The notes: generated from the letters alone by a model not told the origin. Positions 14,410-29,851 are shown, counted from the stretch's first letter. The stretch is DNA of 64,000 nt from Eledone cirrhosa (GCA_964016885.1 OZ024749.1:24986001-25050000), one strand, 5' to 3'. Translations and numbers: made by a program.

Positions 14410-15645
14410 TTGGGGAGGGTCATATTTGTTTAATATTGCCAGAATTAATAACAGAACACACTCACTGTTTGGTTGGTTTTCGCTTTTCGCTTCTGTGTCT
14501 TTTATATCGGTAATCTAATTTATTCGGTCCTCAATGTTGCCATTGACTGACCAACGGTCAAAAATAATACAGATACACTATAGACACAAACATATATATA
14601 TAGTTTATCAAAGTTCTTTCGTTGCACATCTGCAACATCGTCAGTGGTGCTATTGTTTCCTCCCGTTGCATTGTATTTTCTACGCCATCTTTATTTAGTC
14701 TGTTTATATATTTATTTATTTGTTTATTTTATTTTGTCTTCTTTGCCCCATGCGTTTGCGTATGTTTATAGTGTTTTGTTTGATGTGTGTTCGTGATTGG
14801 GTGACTGTGTATTGATTAATGTATTCTATCTTTACTAGTGTGTGTTTATATGTGTTTGTTGTTATTGTGCTTGTGTATGTATTTATTTATTTATTTATAC
14901 TTCACTTAGGTTAGTGTTGTTATCTCATTCATTCTTTCTGTTTAGCCTTGGTCTTCTAAGTTCTATTTTACTGGCCTCTCTGATTTGCCTATCTGCTGGG
15001 TCATTTTGATGTTTAGATATTATTCTAATTTCTATGTTGTCTATGTTACCGTCGTGTTGTTGTCTGGCATGTTCGTATAGTACTGAACCGTTTTTTCGTC
15101 CTTAGTTCCCCCCAGTGTTGGTCTATCCTTTCACCTATGCTACGAGCTGTCTCGCCTATGAATGCTGTTGTCATGTTTCTGCAAGTACCCGCTGTACATC
15201 TTATGCTATAGACTACGTTTCTAGTTTTACAGTTTATCCGGGAGTTTACCTTACATATGATACATTTCCTATTAGTACAGTGGGTTTTCTTAAAAGGGTA
15301 GATTTTGCTGATCAGGGATTTTATGGTGGTTCCTGGCTTTTCTACCAACTTGATCTTTAAGCAGTCTAAATAAAGATGGCGTAGACGATACAATGCAACG
15401 GGAGGAAACAATAGCACCACTGACGATGTTGCAACGAAAGAACTTTGATAAACTATATATATGTGTATGTGTCTATATTGTATATGTATTATTTTTGACC
15501 GTTGGTCAGTCAATGGCAACATTGAGAACCGAATAAATTAGGTTACCGATATAAAAGACACAGAAGCGAAAAGCGAAAACCAACCAAACAGTGAGTGTGT
15601 TCTGTTATTAATTCTGGCAATATTACACATATATGACCCTCCCCG
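14410..15645 (-). mobile_element. 5'-truncated Penelope element with inverted pseudo-LTR arms
   Basis: 14410-14706 is inverted at 15358-15645. HHR-like motifs at 14607-14648(-) and 15416-15449(+). The terminal motif gggagggtcat is shared with ~17010, 22155 and 55373-55460. Confidence 0.8.
15046..15360 (-). pseudogene. Penelope GIY-YIG endonuclease fragment
   Basis: CTNRKCIIC...CKTRNVVYSIRCTAGTC...FIGETARSIGERIDQH. Confidence 0.85.
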
Positions 15646-15774
15646 AGTATAACAATATTTGTTTCGACACACGATTTCATATCAAAAACCTCGCAAAAAT
15701 AATTCATCGCCGTTATATATATATTTATATATATATACATATATATAGACACATATATATACATATATATATAC

Positions 15775-16460
<686 letters not shown>

Positions 16461-16801
16461 CACGTCAGTGTATCTCAACGGTTCCGATATATATTGCCGT
16501 AATGAAAGTCAAACATATTAGAACAAAATAAAGACTGAAAGAGCTGCAGCAGAAGCAGCAGTCGTAGCAGAAGAAGCAGCAAGATAAACTATAATAGAAG
16601 TACAGAAAAGCGAATATTGACATCTCTGACACCATTGTGTTTTATTAGATATTAAATTAAATGTATTCTATATAAATAATAATGAGACTGTTACTCTAGG
16701 CACTGTAAACATCGGTAATAAAATCCTGAATTGGTTCAACAGTATACACAATATATATACATATGCCTGTATATGTCTATGTATAAAAATACACACACAC
16801 G

Positions 16802-16893
<92 letters not shown>

Positions 16894-18347
16894 TAAAGTT
16901 GGTCCTTCATCAGTGATCTTCCAACAATCATCGGTATTTCTTCGCTTATATATATATATAGAGAGAGAGAGAGACAAAAAATTGCTAGATAGATAAATAT
17001 ATTGTTATAAAAGGGGAGGGTCATATTGTTGTAATGATATTGACAAAAATATTAACAGAACACACTCACTGTTTCGTTGGTTTTTCGCTTCTGTGTGTTT
17101 TATATCTCCACAGTTAATTCATTCGGTCCTCGATGTTTACCATTGACTGACCAACGGTGAAAAATACAGATATATATAAACAACAAATAGTGTGTGGTAT
17201 GATATCGGGTGGACCATAACGTACCAGAGTACTCAATGCTTAGGGGAGTAGAGTAGGTAATATTAAAAGAGTCAGAACAGCGTTTCGACAGCTGTCAAAA
17301 CGGCCGGAGCTCTGCCGCCGGTGGTGACTCATTATATATCTTTTATGTGTGTGTGTCTATATACGTATATACACATGTACATATGTAGGTATATGTATAT
17401 ATTTATATGCATGAGTGCATGTGTATGTATATGCGAGGGGACACAGAAATGGTCGTGTTGGATACCCGATCGCGCGGTTAAACCACTGGGAGTGAAGTAG
17501 CCTTAGCCTTTGTCAGGGCATTCTTCTAAGAGAAGGCAACTCAGGAAATTGGGATAACTCCGACATTAAACCTGCGGCTCAGTAGATACCAATAATTTTG
17601 ATATTTTTTTTCTTTTAGGGTTAAAGCTACTGTAGCTCAGAGAGTGGGATTTGCTCAGTGCAGTCTTTCCTCACTTTAAAGAAAATATTCACAAACAGTC
17701 ATTGCACGATAGAATTAATTATAATTATTAATGATGATATATTGTGCAATGGCCATGGCCGATAATGAGGTGGCAGCCATCATCATGTATGTATAGTTTT
17801 CAAAAATACCCGTATTGTTAAGCATGAATTCCAAATAATCGGTGTACAGGAGAAATACAATGGGACAAACGGGGTAAAGTCGAACACTCTCATCATCTCA
17901 GTTATCCCCTTGGAATTATTAGGGTTAAGTGATGTATCATGTTGCGACAAAGACAGGACAAGTTCTATCTTTAATCTATCTATCTATCTATCTATCTATC
18001 TATGTATCTATCAATTTATTTAGGTATTAAAGGTTCAAATTAATTGCCTCATAGGGGATATGCCGATATAGCCACTCGATGCTCGTGGGGAGCAGAATAT
18101 CAATAATAGTAATATATAAGGGAACAAAGAATTAGTGTTGCATCATGTATATGGCAGCACACACACACACACATATATGTCTGATAATATATATATATAT
18201 ATATATATATTATCAGACACCGTAGTCCAATGAAAGAGGTAGTGTAAAAATGTTATCCCTTATCACAGACATAACAGTATATATATATATATATATATAT
18301 ATATGAATGAAAAATGCCGTGCTGCGTTGTTGCGAATGTGATACATA

Positions 18348-18700
18348 TGAATTAAAAAATAGAGCTAGAAGCCAAGACTATCCATCATCAGTCATCTTCT
18401 GGCCATCATAGATTTTAAAGATCAGGTACCTCAGGCCAGCGCGAGCAATAACTAAAATAAGTTATTGGGATAGTATCACTGGCTTATTTCTCATTTTTCC
18501 ACTCTTTACGTTGCCTCACCATTCTTGTTTTTTCCACCCAATTCTTTCTCCACCCAATTCTTTTTATCCCAATAACTTATTTTAGTTAATGCTCACGCTG
18601 GCCTTAGGTAACTGATCATTAATGCGAAGAAATACATATGATGGCCAGAAGGTCACTGATGATGCATAGTCCTGACTTCTAGCTCTATTTTTTTATTCAT
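18348..18700. repeat. Diverged fold-back (~125-bp arms) in a TA tract
   Basis: aaaatagagctagaag...ttattgggata is mirrored by tatcccaataa...cttctagctctatttt. Confidence 0.75.
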
Positions 18701-19512
18701 ATATATATATATATATAACGCACCAGAGTACTCAATACTTGGGGTAGTAGAGTGGGAAATAGGAAAAAGTATGACCCTGACGGCAGAGCTCAAGCCGTTT
18801 CGACGGCTATTTCTGGACACAGAAATAGTCCAGAAATAGCCGTCGAAACGGCTTGAGCTCTGCCGTCTGTGTCATACTTTTTTCATATATATATATATAT
18901 ATATATATAGGCTTAAGAATGGAGTGAGAATAAGAAGAAAGCAAGAACAGTTGTCTACTGGGGGTCTCTGATATTTCAACGCACCAAAACCAGTATAACT
19001 ACTCCCATAGCGTTTAAATAACTGGGTAAGTTATTGGGAAAATGGAGGAGTTGTGAAGGATAATAGAACGGAAAAGGGGAAAAGAGGAAGAAAAGGGAAA
19101 ATAATGAGAAAAACAACAAACCGAAAATTTGCGGCAACTGAGGGCCACAGCGGTAAAACAACGTAAGTTCAAGAGCGTGTGATCGAACGGAAAAAGACAC
19201 GACTGACCCAATCGATAGTAAAGTGAGAAAAGGACTGCTAGAAGGTCAGCGGAGGGAAAGAATAAGGTGACAAGCAGGGAGAGGATGAGTGAAAGTGAGA
19301 GGGAGAAAGGGAGAGGAACAAAGAGGGGCAAAAGTAGGTAGTGACGAAATAGGTAGATAGAGGGAGAGAGAACATAAATTGCGAAACATGTAAAGGAACC
19401 AAATAAATATTTTTTAAAAAGACTCCAGTTGCATTTTAGATTTTATCTTTTTTCCTTATACTTTCACCCGTGTAGGACATCTCGTTTTCTTTCATTTTGT
19501 TAAAAAACCTCC

Positions 19513-19625
<113 letters not shown>

Positions 19626-19787
19626 ATATGTAATACTAAGGGTAGTAGATTGGGTAATAGGAAAAATGTCAGGACGCCGACGGCTGAGCTTTGGCCGTTT
19701 AAGCTGCTAGATCTGAAGGGATGCGTGGTCCTGATTCTTTTCATATATACATACATACAAACATACATATATATATATATAATAAAA

Positions 19788-20043
19788 GAAGGATGAGTGT
19801 TTACACCTCCGTACCGTTTACTGGTTGGTGACGCGCGTTTCGCTATTGATCAGCTCAAGGTTCGATCTCTATCGATCTAACCCTACTCTGCAATCAATGA
19901 CTCGTCGGACCTCTTTGGTGGTAATGACGAACCATTGATTACCGAGTCGGGTTAGATCGATACAGATTGAACTTTGAGCTCATCAATAGCAAAGCGCGTG
20001 TCACCAACCAATAAACGCAATGAAGGAGTAGCGACTCTTCCTT
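19788..20043. repeat. Diverged fold-back with an HHR 3' half (GAAAC GCGC GUC on the minus strand, ~19843-19854)
   Basis: Arms ggttggtgacgcgcg...caatcaatg / cattgatt...gcgcgtgtcaccaacc. Confidence 0.7.
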
Positions 20044-20807
20044 GTTTTATTTTATTTTACTACACTCTGTCTAGCTCTACATCTCGACACAGAAGTGAAC
20101 TTAAAAATCGAGTGCTCACCCGGGTGAAGCTAGAGTCACTCCGCGTTACACTCCCTGGATATATATATATATTTATAATATGTATATATATATATTCATA
20201 CATTTATATAACAAACTTAAAATTGTCTGGACTGGAAATTTAAATTCAAATTATTTCAGTTTTCAGTATATGTGAATATCCAGTGCCACTAACACTAAAT
20301 CTTCATTAAATCTCTTTCCGTAAATTGCTAATTCTGCATAAAGAGGTTTCTAAGACTAGTGGATATTAATGCGGTCAGCAATAACACCACGTGATTGGTA
20401 AAATCGTGTCTTTATTGATAACTCATTTCAATACCTCATAGCAATGTGGCTTAGCTCGAAGCTGTCACGTTTTGCCCCCGGCCGTGATGGAGAGAGACAG
20501 AGCAAAAAAAAAAGTTGAAAATGAATAAGAACTAGTTAATTTTATAATTTCATTAGATGAAACTAAATATTCCACAATGATAGTACTTGTTGCAATGACA
20601 TGAACAGAATTTGATAGAATTAAAGTCGACTGCATTGAAAAATGAATTTCAACATATTCTACCTATATATATATTTGTGTGTGTGTATGTATGCGTGTGA
20701 GTGTGTGTGTATGTGTATGTGTGTTTGTGTGTGCGGGTGTGTGTTTGTATACCAGGTGTTCAATCGTATGAAACAAATGTAGTTCTGTAGAAGCCGTTTG
20801 TATATTA

Positions 20808-20852
<45 letters not shown>

Positions 20853-21151
20853 ATCTATTTCCGTGGAGAGGTTAAAGGAAAGAAGAGTGATCTATGTATA
20901 GAAGAGGGTTATTTAATTATGTAATAAACACCACAATATAATTATACCATTACGCAAGTGTTCACGAAGTTAGACTATTCTAACAGAAGCGTTTGAGATC
21001 GTGCATCAGAAGGATTCATTACAAGCGATATCAGACGCTTCTGTTAAAATCGTCTAACTTCGTGAAGCCTTTGGTAATGGATCAATTATATTGTGTTGTT
21101 TATTACATAAATATATATATATATATATATATGTGTGTTCGTGTATGTATG

Positions 21152-21228
<77 letters not shown>

Positions 21229-21543
21229 ATATCTATATATATATACATGTATATATCTATATATATATATATACATGTATATATGTATATATATATACAT
21301 GTATATATGTATATATATATACATGTATATATGTATATATATATACATGTATATATGTATATATATATATACATGTATATATGTATATATATATACATGT
21401 ATATATGTATATATATATATACATGTATATATGTATATATATATACATGTATATATGTATATATATATATATATATACATGTATATATGGATATATATGC
21501 ACATGTATATATGTATATATATATACATGTATATATGTATATA

Positions 21544-21631
<88 letters not shown>

Positions 21632-21721
21632 TGTGTAAAGGGTAAACTGATATATCAGTACAATTCGTACAGTATATGGAAAGGATATGTCAGGTTATCG
21701 CTTGATATAGTAGGTAGAGGG

Positions 21722-21757
21722 TCTTAACGTTTCGGACGATATTCCTTCATCAGAAGA
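21722..21757 (-). ncRNA. Minimal type I hammerhead
   Basis: UCUU-CUGAUGA-aGGA auaucg UCC-GAAAC GUU^AAGA; loopless palindromic stem III AACGUU. Confidence 0.75.
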
Positions 21758-22112
21758 AATAATGAGAAATAATCTAGATTCAGGAGACGGGCGGGTTGGA
21801 ATTGGAAACAAATATATATATACACACATATATATATATACATTATTGTTTTTTTCACCGTTTTTCTCTTTTTATCCCTTTTTCCCCTTTTCAGTTCTAT
21901 TTTCCTTCCTTCCCGCCTCCGTTTTCCCAATAACTTACCTAGATATTGAACGCTCTGGGCATAGATATATTGTCTTTAAAGCGTTAAAATATCCGAGACA
22001 CCCAATAGACAACTGATGAGGAAAACTCCCCCACCCGTACTTGGTTTCTTCTTATTCTTATTCTTATTTTTAAACCTACCTTAACAAGCTACTTCACAGC
22101 CATCCTATTCTC

Positions 22113-22145
<33 letters not shown>

Positions 22146-22297
22146 GTTATGCTTTGGGATGGTCATGTTGCCAATAAGAAACACACGCACCAGCTGCTTT
22201 CACTTCAATTTATCATAATAAATTTATAATAAATTTATAAATTTATAAATTTCTGGTTGGTTGGTTGGTTCCACAACCAGATAGTTGTTTATATATT

Positions 22298-22340
22298 GTC
22301 ATAGTTCTTTCGTCACACACTATGTGACCTCTTCAGTGAC
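22298..22340 (-). ncRNA. Minimal type I hammerhead
   Basis: GUCA-CUGAAGA-gGUCACA uagug UGUGAC-GAAAG aa CUA^UGAC. Confidence 0.7.
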
Positions 22341-22935
22341 TGGGGATTCCTTTCTTTGTTTCTGTGCCTCTCCTTGTTCAAATTCAGAAACGAAATATAT
22401 ATAATAGATTTAAGCCTAAATTTCATTTTAACGGAAATAAGCTAAATCAGCTGGAGAAATCGCTATTAACTTATTTAAGATCACCGAAGACTAGTGATAG
22501 AAAGAAAGGGGGTTATTCTCAAGTAGAGTACTTACTTTAATTCTGGCATAGGGGACAACAGTACAACCAGTATCACATTATCGGACGTTATCGGTAAACT
22601 ACATATTTAACAATTTATATGGAGGATATTTTCACCAAGAAGCATCAAAGATAAGCGACAACTCTTCCAGGTAGTGTAGTGAAAATCAAATTACTAGAGA
22701 TTTGGAATGTGATATGGTATCAATACAAGTTTGGATTGACGTTCTTTTTTACTGTGGATAAATCCCTTTCTCTCAATTGTTATATACTTTGTGTTACATA
22801 CATACGCATATAACAGATGTATATACTGTATATATATATATTGATATATATATATATATTTATATATATATATATTCATATATATATATATATATATATA
22901 CACATAGATACATATATATATATATATATATATAA

Positions 22936-22990
<55 letters not shown>

Positions 22991-23007
22991 TATATATATA
23001 TATATAA

Positions 23008-23056
<49 letters not shown>

Positions 23057-23072
23057 TATATATATATATATA

Positions 23073-23200
<128 letters not shown>

Positions 23201-23225
23201 TATATATGTATATATATATATATAA

Positions 23226-23380
<155 letters not shown>

Positions 23381-23435
23381 TATATATATATATATATATA
23401 TATATAAGTATATATATATATATATATATATATAA

Positions 23436-23524
<89 letters not shown>

Positions 23525-24039
23525 TCGATATGTGCAAAGTATCATGTTATACCAAGGGCGGGTAAGTAGAATTTTACAGGCACGCACAGGAAAGCACGCA
23601 TGTAAATTAATAACGCTCTGTGTGTCGATATATAGTGTACAGTAAGCACGTTAAACACACAAAAAGTATTATAGCAACACATACAGATCGTAAAACGTGC
23701 ATAAAACGAGATGTATTATGCAATAAACTAACATATATAACAATCGACAATCCGGGCAAATTCTATTGGAAGTTTCCGTTACCTTAGAGCTAATAGAATT
23801 CCAAGTCTTATTGATTTTCCTTTTCTTTATTCCGCCCGATGCCTTCACGTATGTATGCTTACAGTGTAATTCTTCTCTACTCCGTGTCTTTAGATTTGTG
23901 TGCATGTTTCACTAATAAGTTATTTCATACAAAAGAAAGGCATGATGCGTATCAGAAATAATCCCGTAAAATAGTGACCCCCAACGGATTTCCATATATA
24001 TTTAATGAAAAATACATACTCAATATCAAATTACACGAA

Positions 24040-24584
24040 GCCCCAACTCTCTTTCATTCTCTCCTTCACTCTCTCTTTCACCCTCCCCTTCTTTCTCTCC
24101 TTCACTCTCTCTTTCACTCTCTCCTTCATTCGCTTCTTCCCTCTCTCTTTCACTCTCCCATTCTCTCTCTCCTTCATTCTCTCTTTCACTCTCCCCATCA
24201 CTCTCCATCACTCTCTCCTTCTCTATCCCCTTCTCTCTATCTCATTCACTCTCTCTTTCACTCTCCCTTTCTCTCTCTCCTTCACTCTCTTTCACTCTCC
24301 CCATCACTCTCTCATTCACTTTCTACTTCACTCTCTGCTTCTCCATCCCCTTCTCTCTCTCTCCTTCACTCTCTTCTTCACTCTGTCCTTCACTCTCTCC
24401 TACCCTCTCTCATTCACTCTCTCACTCCCCTTATATCTGTCTCTTTCTCTCAGTCTGTCTCTCTTTCTACCCCCCGCCTCCTCCTCTCTCTCTCTCTCTG
24501 CAAGTTGTTCATTGAATAGATATTCTTGTTTTGTTTATTGGTCACGGTTAAACCACACGATATTTCTCCCACTGCGGTTTCCTA

Positions 24585-24626
<42 letters not shown>

Positions 24627-24640
24627 ATCTCTCTCCCTCT
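24040..24640. repeat. CT-rich minisatellite / low complexity
   Basis: Repeated ttcactctctcc/ttcactctctct 12-mers and (CT)n. Confidence 0.9.
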
Positions 24641-24681
24641 CTTCATAAATATATATATATATGAATATATATATATATATA

Positions 24682-24734
<53 letters not shown>

Positions 24735-24857
24735 ATATATATAAATATATGAATGTATATATAGTGTATTTTGAAATACACTGTATACTTAATTAAAAGC
24801 ATTTCGAAGAGCTTATGCTATTGTTTTAGAGAAGTGACAGACTCACTTACTTTAATT

Positions 24858-24945
24858 TTCAGCAAACAGGGGAGATAACGCTGACAAGGCCTTGTTTCGC
24901 ATTTATTGATGCTTATCAAAGCCAACTACTCTCCTGTTTGCTGAA
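24858..24945 (-). ncRNA. Type I hammerhead, U3-A8 core, long distal stem I
   Basis: GCU-UUGAUAA-GCAU caauaa AUGC-GAAAC AAGGCCUU GUC^AGC (core 24880-24922). Distal stem UUCAGCAAACAGG/CCUGUUUGCUGAA; 12-nt palindromic stem III. Confidence 0.8.
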
Positions 24946-25029
24946 ATCATGGATGTTTGGTTCTTATAGAATTCTAGTAAATAATCAGGAACTGATTATA
25001 CAGAGCGGTTGCCGGTCAAGCAGAGATTG

Positions 25030-25151
25030 AAAATTAGAATTGGTGCTCTGAAATAGCTATATATATATGAATGTATATATAGTGTATTTCAAAATACACT
25101 ATATATACATTCATATATATATAGCTATTTCAGAGCACCAATTCTAATTTT
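25030..25151. repeat. Near-perfect 122-bp palindrome capping a ~318-bp partial tandem (24745-25100)
   Basis: aaaattagaattggtgctctgaaatagc... is mirrored around 25090/25091. Confidence 0.9.
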
Positions 25152-25505
25152 ATATAAATATATATATATATATATATATTTCAAGGACAATATCGATATA
25201 TAATAAGGATAAGGAGTTGACCGACCCAGTATATTTAGCAATGCTAGGACCGGTTTTATCTCAGTGTACTCAATAGGCAATGTAAGATACATTCCCAGAA
25301 TATACACATAGTTATTCGCTTCAATACAACACACATAAAACGGGTGACTATAATAGTTTCCGGACTCGAGTTCCGGCCACACTTAATGCAGCGGTAAGGT
25401 TCACCAGAGAAACAATTGCAATACGTAATAAACTGTGCTCCGAAGCAGCATAGTGTGTTCAACTGGCATATCGCCCATGGACGCATCTAAGCAACCTTAC
25501 TACAA

Positions 25506-25543
<38 letters not shown>

Positions 25544-25699
25544 CCAAGCTATAAGCAGAGTAGGATGGAAACAGAAATGAACTCTCTTCTCTGAATGAAC
25601 ATGTATGTGAAAATTAATTTTTGTGCCCTTTTTTATTTTCATTTTTTTAATTATTAGTATCACTATTTGTACAAATATGCAACTCAACAATGTTCTGCA

Positions 25700-25747
25700 T
25701 ATTTGCAATTGACAATGCATATAATGCTGAAACCGGTATTGTAAATA
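25700..25747 (+). ncRNA. Minimal type I hammerhead, U3-A8 core
   Basis: UAUUUGCAA-UUGACAA-uGCAU aua AUGCu-GAAAC CG GUA^UUGUAAAUA; 9-bp stem I, ACCGGU palindrome. Confidence 0.8.
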
Positions 25748-25854
25748 AATTAATGTTTTGATATCTCTCTTCAATATTTTCTACTGAAAGAATCCTTTCC
25801 TTTCTACTAATTGTTTTTATATATATCAACCCGTGTGTTACTTATCTACATTCG

Positions 25855-25961
<107 letters not shown>

Positions 25962-26869
25962 GCTAATGATATGTTTAAAGTTTCTCATTTACCGTGCACC
26001 CGTATCTACCGATGTGTTATAATGTAATTTCTAGCAGCTCGTTGGACCACATAAATAGTACCATCGTCTCTACCTATTGATAGTGAAATAAATAAGTAAT
26101 CATGAGAAGAGACAGCATTAAATAAGGTGGCAGAATTCTATAATAAATGAGCAGCTGCATTTTGCTCTCAAGATAATTGCAATATTTATTAGGGCCTTAA
26201 TTAACCGTTACGATAATTAAAGGAAGATATATGTTACAATGGTTCTATTTTAACATGCAATGATATCAATCCCGAATCCAGCTTGACATCTTTAGCCACC
26301 TCTCTCTTATTTACTGACGAAGAGCAGAGTAATATACATTGCTTTTATGGTGATTTTGCTTGGTCAATCTAACGTTAAATAGTAATTTTAGGACGTGTTG
26401 TAATTCCTGTCTCATTAAATCATTTTTTTCAATTGGACCTGACCGAATAACTTGACAGACCAGCTTGTTAATACATCTTAAATGCAACTAAGAAGTATTC
26501 ATATGTGGGAAAACAATTTCTCTGCTCTTTGTATGAATTCGAACTTTACAGCATTATTTAAATGGCGGGGGAATACTTTCTTCTCAATTAGAACGAATAT
26601 AATACTGGATTGAATGATAATTCACAGCATATACTTTATTTTGTTATGGGGATTCTAAAGATTTGTAAAGTACTCATAGGATTATTAATTCATACCCAGA
26701 GAAGGAATGGCAACGAATGCTTGGGCTATGCATAGAAAATGTTGTTAAACAGATTCCTTGTTAAGATGGACGAATTCGCTTTTAATTGCTGTACAGACCG
26801 CGCTCAGAAAAACATGATCTGGGGCTATTCTCATGGTTTGATTAAATGCAGTGGAGAAAGAACATCGGT

Positions 26870-27065
26870 AAAGGGTCGGACTACATGCTTTGCGGGATAT
26901 AGTTACAGACCTTTACCTTCTGAATTCAAATCCCGCCGAGGTTAGTTTTGCCTTTCAAGCTTACGAGACGATATAATAAAGTACAAGTAACATATGAGGG
27001 TTTATTGAAAGGACCTTTGCTTTCCCATCAAATTACTAGTCTTGTGACAAACGAAAAATAAACAA
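26870..27065 (+). mobile_element. tRNA-derived SINE (diverged)
   Basis: gaattcaaatcccgccgaggttagttttgcctttca core. Confidence 0.7.
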
Positions 27066-27659
27066 TTATTATAGTTTGGTAAATTGCCTTCATTTGAACA
27101 GCAAGAACGCTTAGATTCGTCCTGAATATGTGAGGCTGTAGGTAGCGGTTTGATGTGCATTAGAATAAACCTTCCAGTTAAATAACATCAATGACTGGGA
27201 CTCTAATAATAATAATAATAATAAAAATGGTGATGATGTTGATAATAATGATGATGATGAGGCTGTTTATAATGATGTCCATGGTGTCTTTATAAACCAT
27301 AAAGAGTTTTATTTTTAAAGCACAATAAGGAAGTTACAACACTATATAGTGTGGTCATACAGACATAATCGAAAAGCATGACGGTGTAACAATTAAATTA
27401 TAGCAAAACAAAAGCTTATCAAAAAATAGCTGTACGTTTGAGAGGAGAAGGCGTACAGAGAGGAGAAGGCGTTTACCCGGAGATGGTAAGGGAAATGCGC
27501 AGAATATTCGAGGCTCCAGCAGGTACTGAAGGTAAAGGGAAGCACATGTCTCGACCACTACGTTTCCTCACTAAGAAGTAGTGCTTGCCCTTGTTCAATT
27601 GCACTGAAACCAGGAATATGACAGAGTTCAAATTATGCCAGTATATTGTTCTTTATTAC

Positions 27660-27688
27660 AATTGTTGTTGTTGTTGTTCTTCTTCTTC

Positions 27689-27720
<32 letters not shown>

Positions 27721-27775
27721 CTTGTTCTTCTTCTTCTTCTTCTTCTTCTTCTTCTTCTTCTTCTTCTTCTTCTTT
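27660..27775. repeat. (GTT)n/(CTT)n microsatellite
   Basis: Direct inspection. Confidence 0.95.
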
Positions 27776-28386
27776 CACGTCCAGTTATTCCTAAGACGGT
27801 CGTGGCGGGGTTTGAGTCCCAAAACTCTCTTTCCGGCGGCTTCTGTCAAGAACAACCCTCTCCTGAAATTGCGATTGTGAAATTAAAGTAAATAAATACA
27901 TTTAATTGTATATTATTCGCTAGTCACCTAAAACTTTAAACCACACACCATTCTGGGTGGCTTAATCTGGATGGCTTAATCTGGATGCAGTCAAGTCTGA
28001 CAAGCTTCCGAGCAATATCCGTGTAACAAGATACTCTCACAGTCTTGAAATGCAAGCTTTAACAAGTGCAAATTAACTAATTTCCTAATTAACCTCACGG
28101 TAATTTTCAGCCGATCCACCAATTGAGTAAACAGATTTTCCTCTTGGCCAAATGATGGCGCTGATGCTTGAAGATAATTCCCATATTCAACATTTGCATT
28201 CTCTTTCTGATTATGACAGCCATTTTGTAAATATGAATAAACAATACATTTGTTTAGAGTCATTCATTCTCTTCTTGTTCAGTTCCTAGATTATTCAAGT
28301 CTTAATGAACCTTATTACGAAGGTTTAAGGGGAAATTACAATGACGTAATATGCTAGAATTTTACATTTCAACATAAATATTAGTA

Positions 28387-28733
28387 ACTAGCAGATTTAC
28401 CCGGCGTTGCTCGGGGTTTGAAATTATGCTAAGAATATACAGCTAGGAAGTAAAAGAAGAACATTATTTATCTCCAACATGCAGTCTCTTTATAAGGATT
28501 GTCAATAAAGTTGGTTATCTCCCTTACATCAATTTTGCTACCGATAATTTTGATATCGATTTTTTATTGCTCAACGTCGATCGATTGGAAACATTTTTGT
28601 GATGTGACCATCTTCGCGAACTGTGCAACGTGCACAGAAAAATTGGTCAAATTCGGTTGGAAATTGTAAAAGCCTTAGGTATCCAAAGTTGTACACAGAC
28701 ACACACATCCTCGCATATATATATATATAAAGA
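28387..28733 (+). mobile_element. Non-autonomous Helitron/Helentron-like (HINE/DINE-type) element
   Basis: 5' actagcagatttacccggcgttgctcggg hairpin, internal aaaattggtcaaattcggtt, 3' acagacacac...atatatataaagat. The layout resembles insect Lep1/DINE-1 elements (recall). Confidence 0.55.
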
Positions 28734-28749
28734 TAATATGCCAACTAAT

Positions 28750-28925
28750 AATTGTTTTTACTTTTGGCACAAGGCCAGCAATTAGTCAGTGCATTACCGG
28801 TACTTTATTTTATCGACCCCATAAGGATGAAAGGCATAGTTAACCTCGACGGGATTTGAACGCAGACCGTAAAGGGACGTAACTATGCTGGAAAGCATGG
28901 CCTCTGACCCTCTACCGATACTGTC
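28750..28925 (-). mobile_element. tRNA-derived SINE
   Basis: ttttatcgaccccataaggatgaaaggca...gggatttgaac...ctaccgatactg. Confidence 0.85.
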
Positions 28926-29139
28926 TGGTTACTTATTTAGACAAAATGAGGATATTTTACGGATGGGGGCCTTGTGTGTGACTGCAGCATCAAACCACAC
29001 ACTACGCGGTACCCCCTGCATAGCATCGGACTTGGTAGAGTTTAATGAGAAAGGACAACAATGTGTTTACCTGTGACGGAACCACATCTCTGCTAAGCTT
29101 TGTAACTGACACTATTGTTGACATGACAAGAAGAAGATT

Positions 29140-29500
29140 TAGGCACAAGGACAACTATTTGGGGGTAGATGGGGAAATTCAATTAAATCAGATCCAGTAT
29201 GTTACTGGTACTTTATTTTATCGGCCATGTAAGAATGAAAACAAAGCTAACCTCGGCGGGATTTGAAACTAGAATGTAAAGGGCCATACTCTATGACGCA
29301 AAACATGTTTCCGACTCTCTACCGATAGTGCCCCCCCCCCCCCGCAAAGTACTAATGGTTTCTCTTTTAGACACAAGGCTAACTATTTAGAGGGTGGAAG
29401 GGAAAAGTGAATTAAATCGAATCCAGTATGTTACTGGTAATTTATTTTATCGACCTCCTAAGGATGAAAATCAAAGCTAAACTTAGCGAGATTTGAACAC
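29140..29500 (-). mobile_element. Two adjacent diverged SINE copies (~29140-29328 and ~29358-29500)
   Basis: The same SINE core occurs twice. Confidence 0.75.
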
Positions 29501-29509
29501 GAAACCTAA

Positions 29510-29790
29510 ACGGTTGTTGTTATTATTGTTGTTGTTGATGCTGTTGTTGTTACTGTGGTTGGTGTTGTTGTTAATGCTGCTGTTGTTGTTGTTGTTGTCG
29601 TTGATGCTGTTGTTGTTGCTACTGTGGTTGGTGTTGTTAATGCTGTTGTTGTTATTGTTGCTGTTGTTGTTGATGATGTTTTTCTTTCATTGTTGTTTTT
29701 GTTGATGATGTTAGTGTTTTTATTGTTGTTGTTGCTGATACTGTGTTTGGTATTGGTGATGCTGCTGTTGTTGTTGTTGCTATTTTTCAT
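29510..29790. repeat. Degenerate (GTT)n
   Basis: Direct inspection. Confidence 0.9.
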
Positions 29791-29851
29791 ATTATCATAA
29801 TCAATTTCACATTCATCAAATCACAATCATCAGCATTATTATTACAACACT

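Noticed and set aside
22014-22040. CTGATGA hits at ~18657, 22014, 39135 and 62101
   Set aside because: No properly placed stem II, GAAA, stem III and stem I, so not called HHRs.
22440-22700. Possible decayed PLE RT fragment (MGT..P / NLYM-like)
   Set aside because: Too eroded to support without a search.
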